45,202 nt of DNA, taken from positions 1 to 45,202 of the forward strand of contig CAZCDQ010000003.1 in NCBI GenBank assembly GCA_964497605.1, in the 5' to 3' direction. Positions 34,622 through 43,874 of this stretch are shown piece by piece (the first letter of the stretch is position 1; every line of letters starts with the position of its first letter). The translations under genes were made by a program, and so were the position numbers. The notes beneath the pieces were generated by a model. The model was not told the origin of the DNA and made no database searches. It saw only the letters and a list, made by a program, of their open reading frames with translations. The stretch is from an uncultured bacterium (GTDB lineage: Bacteria; Latescibacterota; Latescibacteria; Latescibacterales; Latescibacteraceae).

Positions 34622-34891
34622 TCATTGTATTATGGTTGGAAATCGCTGAATAAGCTGTGTCGTAAAATCGACCAAAAGCCTCATGATCCAGGGCATGAAC
34701 AGCGCAAACGCGACTGCTACCGCAATAATTTTCGGCACAAATGTCAGTGTCATTTCGTTGATTTGTGTCACCGCCTGAAAGATGCTGACAATCAGACCGA
34801 CCAAAAGACCGAATCCCAGCATCGGCGCGGCGATAAGAAAGGCGATAAGCATTGCCTGACGTGCGATATTTAAGACAAAATCGGCATCCAT
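34622..34891 (-). CDS. fliQ: Flagellar export apparatus protein (start at the internal ATG, 89 aa)
   Basis: MDADFVLNIARQAMLIAFLIAAPMLGFGLLVGLIVSIFQAVTQINEMTLTFVPKI matches FliQ in both length and motif. Confidence 0.92.
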   Translation of the reverse strand: MDADFVLNIARQAMLIAFLIAAPMLGFGLLVGLIVSIFQAVTQINEMTLTFVPKIIAVAVAFALFMPWIMRLLVDFTTQLIQRFPTIIQ

Positions 34892-34905
34892 AGTATCGGT
34901 ATCCT

Positions 34906-35652
34906 TTATTGAAAGCTCGCCACCAGCGACTGAATGAGCAGATTCCATCCGTCGACAAGAACAAACAACAGTATTTTAAACGGCAGCGACACCATGATCG
35001 GCGGCAGCATCATCATACCCATGCTCATCAAAATACTCGCTACCACCATGTCAATAATGAGAAACGGGATAAACAGCATAAATCCCATCTGGAATGCAAC
35101 CCTGAGTTCCGATATGACAAACGCAGGTACAAGCACACGTGTCGGCACATCGTCTGGATTATCGGGCCGCGACTGGTTTGCCACACCCATAAATAGTCCC
35201 AGATCTTTCTGCCGTACATGTGCAAACATGAACGCACGGAGCGGAGCAACCGCATTCGCAAACGCCGCCGACTGATCTATTTCCTGAGCGAGATAAGGCT
35301 GAACAGCGTTGTCGTTTACCTCAACAAACACCGGATACATGATGAAAAATGTGAGAAACAGCGCAAGCCCAATAAGCACCTGATTCGGGGGAATCTGCTG
35401 CGTACTGAGCGCGTGACGGAGCAGTGAAAGCACTATGATAATGCGGGTGAACGATGTGACGAGAATCAGAATCGCCGGCGCAAGTGTCAGCAGAGTAAGA
35501 AGGAGAACGATCTGTACAGTGGTCGACAGGCTTTCCGGATTGTCCGCCTGACCGACCTCGATTGAAAGCGACGGCAGATTCTGCGCGAAAACACCTGCCG
35601 CGCATGCAAGAAGCACAATAATTACAATGGAAAAAATGATCGTTCCGCGCAT
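34906..35652 (-). CDS. fliP: Flagellar export apparatus protein (start at the internal ATG after the fliO stop)
   Basis: A signal-like N-terminus is followed by LLLTLLTLAPAILILVTSFTRIIIVLSLLRHALSTQQIPPNQVLIGLALFLTFFIM and MLPPIMVSLPFKILLFVLVDGW. Confidence 0.93.
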   Translation of the reverse strand: MRGTIIFSIVIIVLLACAAGVFAQNLPSLSIEVGQADNPESLSTTVQIVLLLTLLTLAPAILILVTSFTRIIIVLSLLRHALSTQQIPPNQVLIGLALFLTFFIMYPVFVEVNDNAVQPYLAQEIDQSAAFANAVAPLRAFMFAHVRQKDLGLFMGVANQSRPDNPDDVPTRVLVPAFVISELRVAFQMGFMLFIPFLIIDMVVASILMSMGMMMLPPIMVSLPFKILLFVLVDGWNLLIQSLVASFQ

Positions 35653-35707
35653 TGAATTTAGGGTACGATCGGAATTCACAGAGGAGACACCGTATCGGGC
35701 TCGGTTG

Positions 35708-36244
35708 TCAGCCGTCCGGGGATTTCTTTTTGTAGTATTTCGCCAGGATGTTTCCGAAAATGCCGGATTCGGTTTTTTTGTCAAGGTTCAGCGTACCTAT
35801 TTCTTCCGATGATAATTCACCAAGCGCGGATATGGAATTATCCGCAAGCCCGATTATCATAACTCTGTTCAACACCCTAATAATGGCAACGGCTTTTTTC
35901 GGTTCGATATATCGTATATCGAGAACGTCGATCGAACTGTTCCCGCCGCCCGAGGTTCTCAGCCGCATTATGTACTTAAGAAACCATAGTGTTAAAATAA
36001 GAAGAAATAATACAATTGCAAGTGCAAAGATAAATCTGAGGAATAAGTTTATATCGGATTTGAGAGAATTTGTGTACATGATGAGAGAATCGCCCACGGC
36101 AGAGCCGCTTTCAGCGCCTCCCTTAGCGGCATAAATCGTCACGGGAAAAACCAGCATAAAACAAAACACGTTCGCAACCGCGGAAAACGTCCCGCGGGCG
36201 ATACCCGAGATATGTTCTCTCATACATTCTTTCCGAATAGGCAT
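35708..36244 (-). CDS. fliO: Flagellar biosynthesis protein FliO/FliZ
   Basis: A TM segment is followed by IDVLDIRYIEPKKAVAIIRVLNRVMIIGLADNSISALGELS. The gene lies between fliN and fliP. Confidence 0.8.
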   Translation of the reverse strand: MPIRKECMREHISGIARGTFSAVANVFCFMLVFPVTIYAAKGGAESGSAVGDSLIMYTNSLKSDINLFLRFIFALAIVLFLLILTLWFLKYIMRLRTSGGGNSSIDVLDIRYIEPKKAVAIIRVLNRVMIIGLADNSISALGELSSEEIGTLNLDKKTESGIFGNILAKYYKKKSPDG

Positions 36245-36277
36245 ATTATCCCTTTCTGCATTTTTGAAGCATCGGTG

Positions 36278-36961
36278 TCACATGAGCTTAATCCGGTCCA
36301 CGGGATCGATAAGTTCGGTTATCCGGACGCCGAAGTTCTCGTCGACAACAACCACCTCGCCTTTTGCCAGAAGCTTGCCGTTCACGAGCAGATCAACCGG
36401 CTCACCGGTCAATTTATCCAGCTCGATGATTTTCCCAGGGCCGAGGCTGAGGATTTCTTTGACCTGCATTTCTTTTCGTCCGAGCTCAACAGCAAGATTT
36501 AAAGTGACATCGAGGAGACGGTCAATATTGCCCTTATCGGTCTGTTCGTCAGAGCCGGAGAGTTGCCCAAAATTAACCGACTTGACTGGAGGAGATTCTT
36601 TCCCATCATCGTCTGCATCGCCAAACGCGCTTAAAAGATCCTCGTCATCCTCCAGACCACCACCCATTGCGGCAGCCATTTGTGCCTCGAGATCTTCCTC
36701 GCCTGGGAGGTCTTCGCTCTTACCGCCCATTTCCGAACTGTCGTCTTCCTCGTCGGCAGCCATCGCTGCCGCCATCTGCGCTTCAAGATCATCTTCATCC
36801 GACCCGAGACCCTCGGCCGCCATTTCCGTCGCCATCTCCGCTTCGAGATCGTCGGAAGCAAGCCCTTCCGATACCATCGTTTCTGTCAGATCGGGTTCTT
36901 CCTTCCTTTTATCTTCCGCAACATTCTTTCCCGCGCTTTCATTATTTTCATCGGCAACCAT
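36278..36961 (-). CDS. fliN: Flagellar motor switch protein with an extended acidic repeat N-terminus
   Basis: The C-terminal SpoA domain is LLDVTLNLAVELGRKEMQVKEILSLGPGKIIELDKLTGEPVDLLVNGKLLAKGEVVVVDENFGVRITELI. The N-terminus has three copies of a DLEAxMAxxM motif. Confidence 0.9.
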   Translation of the reverse strand: MVADENNESAGKNVAEDKRKEEPDLTETMVSEGLASDDLEAEMATEMAAEGLGSDEDDLEAQMAAAMAADEEDDSSEMGGKSEDLPGEEDLEAQMAAAMGGGLEDDEDLLSAFGDADDDGKESPPVKSVNFGQLSGSDEQTDKGNIDRLLDVTLNLAVELGRKEMQVKEILSLGPGKIIELDKLTGEPVDLLVNGKLLAKGEVVVVDENFGVRITELIDPVDRIKLM

Positions 36962-36962
36962 G

Positions 36963-37955
36963 TTATTCTTCCTCCAATCCTTCGGTATGAACTACGGATA
37001 AAATTTTAACTCCTTTATATTTCCCGATATTTCCAGGTTTACCGTAGAACTTAACCTGATCTTTAACATATATTTCAATATCGTCGTTTAGTCTGGTGTT
37101 TAGCGGAACAACATCGCCTGCTTTGAGATCGAGCAGTTCTTTTAGTGTCAGTTTTGTCGAACCAAGCTGTGCTTTGACATCGCAGCTAAACAGCTCGATA
37201 CGTTTTCTGTTTTTAAGGATTTCCTCTCTGGGAACCTCTTTTGCGGAACTCACCAAGTTCTGACCGCCAAGCCGAAGCGCGATCGGTTCGATTGAAATAT
37301 ACGGGTAACAAAGGTTTATTAGACCGTTTACATTTTCACTTTTCAGTTCAAACGAAATGAGCACAACAGTCTCCGACGCCGGGACAACCTGGATAAATTC
37401 CGGGTTCGTTTCGAGCATTTCAACATTGCACTCGAGCGGAATAATTCGCTCCCATGTTCGTTCGAGGTCTCTCAGGCAGCGGTTGATGATGTTGTTCATA
37501 ACGCTTTTTTCGATCCAGGTTATTTCACGTTCGGTTACAATCGAGGTCCCGCGCCCGCCAAAAAGCCTATCCACAAAACTGAGGACGACCGACTGGCTGA
37601 AATCGATGACCGCAACTCCCTCGAGAGGTTCCATCCTGAACGTATACGTACAGCTCGGGGACGAAAGACTCATGATGAATTCGCTGTACGTAATCTGATC
37701 GACTGAAACGAGATTAATCTCGATAACCGAGCGCTGAAGCGTCGAAAACGTCGCACTCAACAGGCGGGCGAAATTATCGTGAAGATTCTGCAGCGTTCTG
37801 AGCTGATCCTTGCTGACACGTGCCGGATGCCTGAAATCATACGTATTGATAAGCCGTTCAACTTTGGATGACTCTGCCTCGACTTCGACGCCGTCACCGT
37901 ATGAAACGGCAGACAATAACGCATCAATTTCTTCCTGGGAAAGAATTTCCGCCAT
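36963..37955 (-). CDS. fliM: Flagellar motor switch protein
   Basis: The N-terminal CheY-P binding-type motif is MAEILSQEEIDALL. It has a FliM middle domain and a C-terminal SpoA-like domain. Confidence 0.95.
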   Translation of the reverse strand: MAEILSQEEIDALLSAVSYGDGVEVEAESSKVERLINTYDFRHPARVSKDQLRTLQNLHDNFARLLSATFSTLQRSVIEINLVSVDQITYSEFIMSLSSPSCTYTFRMEPLEGVAVIDFSQSVVLSFVDRLFGGRGTSIVTEREITWIEKSVMNNIINRCLRDLERTWERIIPLECNVEMLETNPEFIQVVPASETVVLISFELKSENVNGLINLCYPYISIEPIALRLGGQNLVSSAKEVPREEILKNRKRIELFSCDVKAQLGSTKLTLKELLDLKAGDVVPLNTRLNDDIEIYVKDQVKFYGKPGNIGKYKGVKILSVVHTEGLEEE

Positions 37956-37971
37956 AGCAGACCATCACCTC

Positions 37972-38472
37972 CTAATTGAACTGTATGATCTTGGAAGGGA
38001 TATAAATATTCTGTATTTTCCCTTTCTGCAAGATACCGTTTACGATATCGAACATATCCCGTTTGTAACGATCCCAATTGTTGGGATTGTTTAATTCATC
38101 CACTGTCTTAAACGATAAATATGTCGACAGGTTATCCATAATCTCTGTATTTCGCGCTGTGAGTTCTTCACCAACACTTATGTTTTCGGGATCGTATTCG
38201 AGTACGATCTCGATTGACAGAATTTCACCTACAGATTTCGCCGGATTGAGATTAATTGTATCGAGCGGATGTTTCGTTCCGGGTATGCTCGATATGCCAC
38301 GCTGCGACGCTTCTTCACGGGTCTCGAAACTTTCCAGCATCTCGTCATTTTTGTATACCATGGGGACAATCACTTTTTTACCCAGAATATATCCGCCGAT
38401 AATATCGACAATCAGAATAACTGCAATGATTGCAATCATCCGTATCAGGGATTTATTACCTTTTCCAGCCAT
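37972..38472 (-). CDS. fliL: Flagellar basal body-associated protein
   Basis: It has a single N-terminal TM segment, a FliL-like C-terminus (INLNPAKSVGEILSIEIVLEYD...) and lies between motB and fliM. Confidence 0.85.
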   Translation of the reverse strand: MAGKGNKSLIRMIAIIAVILIVDIIGGYILGKKVIVPMVYKNDEMLESFETREEASQRGISSIPGTKHPLDTINLNPAKSVGEILSIEIVLEYDPENISVGEELTARNTEIMDNLSTYLSFKTVDELNNPNNWDRYKRDMFDIVNGILQKGKIQNIYIPSKIIQFN

Positions 38473-38534
38473 ATATATACTCCCGGTCTTATTGACTCCG
38501 AAAATTACAGAGCAAAGAATAAACCCGAATCCTG

Positions 38535-39245
38535 TTATTCAGCCATCTCAATGAAAATTTCAACTCTGCGGTTGAGCGCCCTTCCCTCGGGTGTGTCGTT
38601 CGACGCAACCGGATGAAATTCCGCACATCCGACAGGCCGAAGTCTTCTCGGATCGATGCGCTCCTGCGCGCGTATATATCGTATCACTGATAATGCCCGC
38701 GAAATTGACAGTTCCCAGTTATCATCATACTCGTTGTTATGAATCGGCACATTATCCGTATGTCCTTCGACCCGTATGATCTCGTCGCCGGAATGAACAA
38801 CCTCCACTATTTGATTCAATACCGGTAAAATCGATTGCTTTATCACTGCGCGCCCCGAATCAAAGAGTGCAGGGTCACCAATGGTAATATGAATCCCCTG
38901 TGTGTTTTCATCGACACGTATGATCTTTTCCAGATTGTGCTCACGTATGACTCTTCTGAGTTGTGCAACCGCCCGTGATCGCCGCCCTCGCCGCTCGATA
39001 CCCTGCGCCGGCCGCATCGGTTGAACCGGCGCTGGTGTTACACGATCCTGAAAGGGCAGCGCCGAAAACGCTCCCTTAAGCGATGCCGCCGCCTGTTTCA
39101 GTTTCTCAACCTCCATTGTCGAAATCGAAATCAAAAGCACGAAAAAGCATAAAAGAAGCGTCATCATATCACCGTAGGTGAGCATATACGCAGGCACCAT
39201 GCCACTTGTATCCTTTTCCGGCTCCTTCTTCTTTTCCTTTGCCAT
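38535..39245 (-). CDS. motB: Flagellar stator protein B (OmpA-like peptidoglycan-binding domain)
   Basis: The plug/TM region is PAYMLTYGDMMTLLLCFFVLL with the conserved Asp. The OmpA-like part is VEGHTDNVPI...NWELSISRALSVIRYI. Confidence 0.92.
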   Translation of the reverse strand: MAKEKKKEPEKDTSGMVPAYMLTYGDMMTLLLCFFVLLISISTMEVEKLKQAAASLKGAFSALPFQDRVTPAPVQPMRPAQGIERRGRRSRAVAQLRRVIREHNLEKIIRVDENTQGIHITIGDPALFDSGRAVIKQSILPVLNQIVEVVHSGDEIIRVEGHTDNVPIHNNEYDDNWELSISRALSVIRYIRAQERIDPRRLRPVGCAEFHPVASNDTPEGRALNRRVEIFIEMAE

Positions 39246-39255
39246 TGTTTAGCTC

Positions 39256-40020
39256 TTAGGTGGTTGACGTTTCCCGCATTGAGGGCGAAAGGAACGCTTT
39301 CAGTTTTCCCTCGACAATTCTCGGATTATCTCCGGACTGTATCGCCATAATACCCTCGATACACAGTTCCTTAATCAAAATTTCATTTGTGGACCGAGTT
39401 TTGAGCTTTCCCGCAATCGGAAGACATACCAGGTTCGCAATTACCGAACCGTACAATGTCGTAATAAGAGCAACCGCCATGGAGGGGCCTATGGTTGACG
39501 GATCGTCCATGCTCGCAAGCATGTTGATAAGGCCGATGAGCGTTCCAATCATACCGAAAGCCGGTGCATACGCACCCATTGCATCGAAAATACCGGCCCC
39601 GATTTTATGACGCTCTGCGATATAATTTGTTTCCGTCTCCATTATTTCTTTAATGTATTCCGGTTCGGTGCCATCCACGGCAAGATTGATACCCTTTTTC
39701 AAAAATTCATCGTCGATACTCGCCGCTTTCTGCTCGAGAGAAAGGATACCTTCCCGCCGGGCCGTTTCCGCAAAACTCACGAGAATATCAATAATACCGA
39801 TCGGCGAATCGTCTGAATGCAGGAATGCTTTTTTTACGACCTTCGCCACCCCAATCATTTCAGCCAGCGGATAATTAATAAATGTAGCGCCGATCGTTCC
39901 ACCGACAACAATCATCATCGACGGTATATTGATAAAAAGCCCAAGGCTTCCTCCGGAAAAAATACCAAACAGGATAAAGCCTGTTCCGAGTACAAGTCCA
40001 ATGATACTGGCAAGATCCAT
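39256..40020 (-). CDS. motA: Flagellar stator protein A (MotA/TolQ/ExbB channel family)
   Basis: A four-TM protein containing APAFGMIGTLIGLINML and AVALITTLYGSVIANL. Confidence 0.92.
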   Translation of the reverse strand: MDLASIIGLVLGTGFILFGIFSGGSLGLFINIPSMMIVVGGTIGATFINYPLAEMIGVAKVVKKAFLHSDDSPIGIIDILVSFAETARREGILSLEQKAASIDDEFLKKGINLAVDGTEPEYIKEIMETETNYIAERHKIGAGIFDAMGAYAPAFGMIGTLIGLINMLASMDDPSTIGPSMAVALITTLYGSVIANLVCLPIAGKLKTRSTNEILIKELCIEGIMAIQSGDNPRIVEGKLKAFLSPSMRETSTT

Positions 40021-40037
40021 ATTGCTCCCCGGCAGGG

Positions 40038-40238
40038 TTATTCTTTAACGATCGGATACCGATAAATATCCCGTTTATATGCTTTCACCAAATCGATAAC
40101 TTCTTCCACGGTTTCTTTCACCAGTATTTTCTGGCCCGTGGTGAGTGTAATAATTGTATCGGGCATCGCCTCGATAAACTCGATCAGCTCTGAATTTACC
40201 ACTAATGCCGTATCGTTCAGTCTCGTTAAATGTATCAT
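40038..40238 (-). CDS. flbD: Flagellar protein FlbD. I preferred the internal ATG; the 82-aa version from 40286 is an alternative.
   Basis: MIHLTRLNDTALVVNSELIEFIEAMPDTIITLTTGQKILVKETVEEVIDLV matches the FlbD family. The gene lies upstream of motA. Confidence 0.85.
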   Translation of the reverse strand: MIHLTRLNDTALVVNSELIEFIEAMPDTIITLTTGQKILVKETVEEVIDLVKAYKRDIYRYPIVKE

Positions 40239-40545
40239 GTTCTTATCTTTATTTAAAAGCGTTACAACGGTTATTCCGATAGACATTATAATATTAGTAT
40301 CGGCGTTTTTCCGTATCGGAATAATATTTTTTTTTACTGATTATAAGTATAATAAAGTTTCCCGATTTACGCCATTCAATTTTCCGGTGGTTAAACCAGC
40401 GCCAGCGGTTTAAGATACCGGAACCGAAAGTATTGGTGCATGCAGTCACTTTCCTTCCGGATCCGGCATCACACTGCATTTCTAACAATCCGCATAACCC
40501 CACGACATTATCATATCTCCGCATTTTTATACGAACAAATCCTCA

Positions 40546-42669
40546 TTACCGTTTCATATTCACCGTTTCCTGGAGAATCTCGTCGGACGTTGTCACCGTT
40601 CGCGCATTCGCCTGGAATGAGCGTTGGGCAATAATCATGTTGGTAAATTCCTCAGCGATGTCCACATTCGACATCTCGACCGCGCCAGGCACAATAGTCG
40701 CGCCGATGGACGTTCCGGCGAGACCGTAGATCGGAAGACCGGAATTTGAGGACGTGTCGAATACGTTATCGCCGACCCGAAGCATACCCGACGGATTGTT
40801 AAACGTCGCAAGAACGAGTTTCGACAGAATGCGAGAGTTACCGTTTGTAAACAGACCGGTAACCGTTCCAGTATCATCGATGACTACATTGTCGAGAACA
40901 CCAGAGGAGTACCCGTCCTGATCCTTGGCGATTACTGTCGAGGTGCTCGAGAACTGGCTGACACCGTCCGCCTCGCCGAGTGTGCCGAAACTAAGTACGA
41001 TATCCATCGGAACGTCAGCGCCCGTTTTCGGATCGAATGTAAACGAGCTTGCTCCTTGGGAATACGAGGAGGAATTCAGCGCACCTGAGGCGTCGAAACT
41101 CAGCGATCCGCTGTATCCGCCCGAAATCTCTGCAGGCTCGGGAACAGTGATATCCCATGTCCATCTGTTCGGCAAGCGCACGTCTTTTTTGAAATTAAGT
41201 GTCAACGTATGAGAATTGCCAAGCGAGTCGAACACGCGGACCGCCGCAGAGTGGGTTACATCTTCCGCCTCCTGGGTTTCCCGCCAGTTTCCGATGGTCG
41301 CATCGAATACGCCGTCGAATACACTTTCAGTGTTTGTGGTAATATCTGTCGCGGTGATTTCGTTTGCAGTACCGCCGTCGGCGTTGATAACAAGGCTTCC
41401 GTTGGTTTCATGAATTTCCACACCATTCTGGTTAGTGATCCCGAACGCGTTTTCCACTTCCTGTGCAAAATCGCCGAATGTGATACTCGTTCCGGTTCCG
41501 TCATCGACAGCAATCTCAAAAGGATCGGCGGATCCGCCGGGAACTGAATCGATCTGTGTGCCGCCGACACGGCCGGCAATGGTGATAGTATCAGTGAGCT
41601 CAACATCGAGGTTTGTTCCCTCCGAGTCGCGCAATTCGGTCATTGCATCGGACGATGAAGCGACATGGGAGAATTGGTCGGTATTTCTGTCTCCAACAGT
41701 ACCGTTCGCCGCCGCAAGCGCCTTATTAAGCACCGAGTTTACACTAGAGATGACAAGCGAATTATTCGCCGCTCCGTTATTCACAAATGTAATAGCGCCA
41801 TCGTCATTTAATGAGGCGGTCAGCGACGGATCATCGGAACCGGCACTGAAATCGGTGTTGATTTCGGCAATAAGATCGTCAAGCGTATGGAAATCCTTGC
41901 TGGCAGATCCGGTGTCGGTCGATACGTAAGTGTATGTTTTAGTTATGGCGTTTCCGCCGGTGGAATTCGAGGCGCTCACTGTCACCGTCGTAGAATTGCT
42001 CGAAAGGCCGGTGATCTGAAGGTTTGCGCTGCCGCTCGCATACAGACCGTTCATGTCGGTGGTTTCGCCGGCAATTTCACGGGCATAAAGCCGTTCGGTC
42101 GAAAGGATATTTCCAATCGGTTCGGCGGAGGCGTCGAGATTACCGACAAAATTGACCTCGGACGTTGCTTGTGCGGCATCGACCGTTCCAAACGGAACGA
42201 CAACATCGCCGATGGCAGAACCTTCGTTAACCACACCTTCCTCATCGGCGATACGGCCCTGGACTTTCATACCATTGAACGGAATAACCAGCCGTCCCTC
42301 GGCATCCCACTGGAACGAACCGGCGCGAGTGAAAAAATCGCGCTGGTTGTCCGAAACGACAAAGAAACCGTCGCCGCGGATCGCGAGGTCGGTCTGATTG
42401 CCGGTCGATTGGATATTACCCTGTGTGATAACATTGTCGATCGATCCGATCGAGGAGCCGTTACCAATCTGTAGCGGGTTGACACCACCCTGATCTCCGG
42501 GAGGTCTGGACGCGCCCTGTAGCAGTAATGCGAATGATTCCTCAAACGTCATGCGGCCTCGTTTAAAGCCCATGGTGCCCGAGTTTGCAATATTGTTTGC
42601 GATAACGTCCATCTGGATTGCCTGATTTCGGATACCGCTGATTGCAGTTGACATTGCTCGTGTTGACAT
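40546..42669 (-). CDS. flgE: Flagellar hook protein, unusually long at 707 aa
   Basis: The N-terminus is AISGIRNQAIQMDVIANNIANSGTMGFKR. It contains DLAIRGDGFFVV and VFDSLGNSHTLTLNF. The C-terminus is VEMSNVDIAEEFTNMIIAQRSFQANARTVTTSDEILQETVNM. Confidence 0.95.
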   Translation of the reverse strand: MSTRAMSTAISGIRNQAIQMDVIANNIANSGTMGFKRGRMTFEESFALLLQGASRPPGDQGGVNPLQIGNGSSIGSIDNVITQGNIQSTGNQTDLAIRGDGFFVVSDNQRDFFTRAGSFQWDAEGRLVIPFNGMKVQGRIADEEGVVNEGSAIGDVVVPFGTVDAAQATSEVNFVGNLDASAEPIGNILSTERLYAREIAGETTDMNGLYASGSANLQITGLSSNSTTVTVSASNSTGGNAITKTYTYVSTDTGSASKDFHTLDDLIAEINTDFSAGSDDPSLTASLNDDGAITFVNNGAANNSLVISSVNSVLNKALAAANGTVGDRNTDQFSHVASSSDAMTELRDSEGTNLDVELTDTITIAGRVGGTQIDSVPGGSADPFEIAVDDGTGTSITFGDFAQEVENAFGITNQNGVEIHETNGSLVINADGGTANEITATDITTNTESVFDGVFDATIGNWRETQEAEDVTHSAAVRVFDSLGNSHTLTLNFKKDVRLPNRWTWDITVPEPAEISGGYSGSLSFDASGALNSSSYSQGASSFTFDPKTGADVPMDIVLSFGTLGEADGVSQFSSTSTVIAKDQDGYSSGVLDNVVIDDTGTVTGLFTNGNSRILSKLVLATFNNPSGMLRVGDNVFDTSSNSGLPIYGLAGTSIGATIVPGAVEMSNVDIAEEFTNMIIAQRSFQANARTVTTSDEILQETVNMKR

Positions 42670-42753
42670 TTTAGTGCCTCCTTGAAATTCTCATCGCCTC
42701 AATCGGTCGGCGATACCGGGCTTCCTCGATGAGGGCCAGCCCGTTCGGTTTAA

Positions 42754-43155
42754 TTATACTATTACTGTACTGTCGATATTCGTAAACACATTATCTTTGA
42801 TATTTTCGCCGGACATCGCGGTGACCACAGTGTTGTTTTTGACGCTTACGATGAATGCCTTGTCGTTCATAACAACCAGTGTATCCTCCGCGCCTTTGCT
42901 GTCGGCAAGCTGCACGGCTCCTGAAAGCCGCGAAAGATCGTCACTCGAAAGCACAATACCCCGTTGGTTCAGGCGGTCCATTGCGTGTGCGCTGAACCGT
43001 ATGCCCGATTCCTGCTCGAGACGGACTTTCAGAACATCGGAGAATGAAAGATCGCGGCCGGTTCTGGGTACCTTTGTCAGAACACCCACACCGGTTGAAG
43101 CAGAATTGTCTATACGCGTCAGCATTTCATCCATGTATACATTCTCGACAATCAT
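42754..43155 (-). CDS. Flagellar operon protein of the TIGR02530 type (unknown function, usually in Firmicutes and Spirochaetes)
   Basis: RFSAHAMDRLNQRGIVLSSDDLSRLSGAVQLADSKGAEDTLVVMNDKAFIVSVKNNTVVTAM...VFTNIDSTVIV matches the family pattern. The gene lies between flgD and flgE. Confidence 0.75.
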   Translation of the reverse strand: MIVENVYMDEMLTRIDNSASTGVGVLTKVPRTGRDLSFSDVLKVRLEQESGIRFSAHAMDRLNQRGIVLSSDDLSRLSGAVQLADSKGAEDTLVVMNDKAFIVSVKNNTVVTAMSGENIKDNVFTNIDSTVIV

Positions 43156-43158
43156 CGG

Positions 43159-43854
43159 TTATTCCGCTTCCGTTATACTTCTTACTTTATTGAACGGGAC
43201 AGAAATGCCGCCGATATTCAACTTCGTTTCGCCATCCGCATACGAGATACCGTCCACTATACCGGTCGAAAGCGGAGTGACCCCGATTTCATTATCCAAA
43301 GCATCAAATGCTTCCACTTTAAACTCATACACACCTTCCGGCGCCCTGACGCCAAGGGTTGTCATGCCGTCCCATTCGTAGGTGTATTCCGTGCCGAAAT
43401 CGGATACATCCATCGAAACAGTATCAAGGATGTTACCGGATTCGTCGGATATCTGTATCGTTCCATATGCGGCCGGATGTTCGAGTTCGAATGTAATTTC
43501 CTGCGATCCCGTGCCGTCATAACCGAACAACTCGATTTCCGCGGTGACTGATTTGCCGAAGTAGTTAATAATCATGGCATTCGATACCGATTCGGCGATA
43601 CCTGTGTTTAAATTAAGCGATGCCTCGAGATTGGTATTCATGGTTGTCATCTGTTCGAGTGAGCTGAACTGGGCAAGCTGCGCCACAAATTCGGTGTTGC
43701 TCGCAGGATTCAGCGGATCCTGATGTTTCATCTGTGCGATAAGCAGAGTGAGGAAATCATCTTTCCCCAGCGTGGAAATATCGAAATTCGATTCATCTCC
43801 CAGCGCACCTGCCGAATTGCTTACATTGTTGGGTATTATTGATGTCGATATCAT
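43159..43854 (-). CDS. flgD: Flagellar hook capping/assembly protein
   Basis: It contains LGKDDFLTLLIAQMKHQDPLNP and a C-terminal FlgD Ig-like region. Confidence 0.93.
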   Translation of the reverse strand: MISTSIIPNNVSNSAGALGDESNFDISTLGKDDFLTLLIAQMKHQDPLNPASNTEFVAQLAQFSSLEQMTTMNTNLEASLNLNTGIAESVSNAMIINYFGKSVTAEIELFGYDGTGSQEITFELEHPAAYGTIQISDESGNILDTVSMDVSDFGTEYTYEWDGMTTLGVRAPEGVYEFKVEAFDALDNEIGVTPLSTGIVDGISYADGETKLNIGGISVPFNKVRSITEAE

Positions 43855-43874
43855 CTTTTTACTCTCCTCAATTT

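Noticed and set aside
36264-37001. 245-aa Ser/Pro-rich ORF on the plus strand
   Set aside because: It is the antisense reading of the acidic repeat region of fliN. Its composition simply mirrors the Asp/Glu/Ala codons on the other strand.
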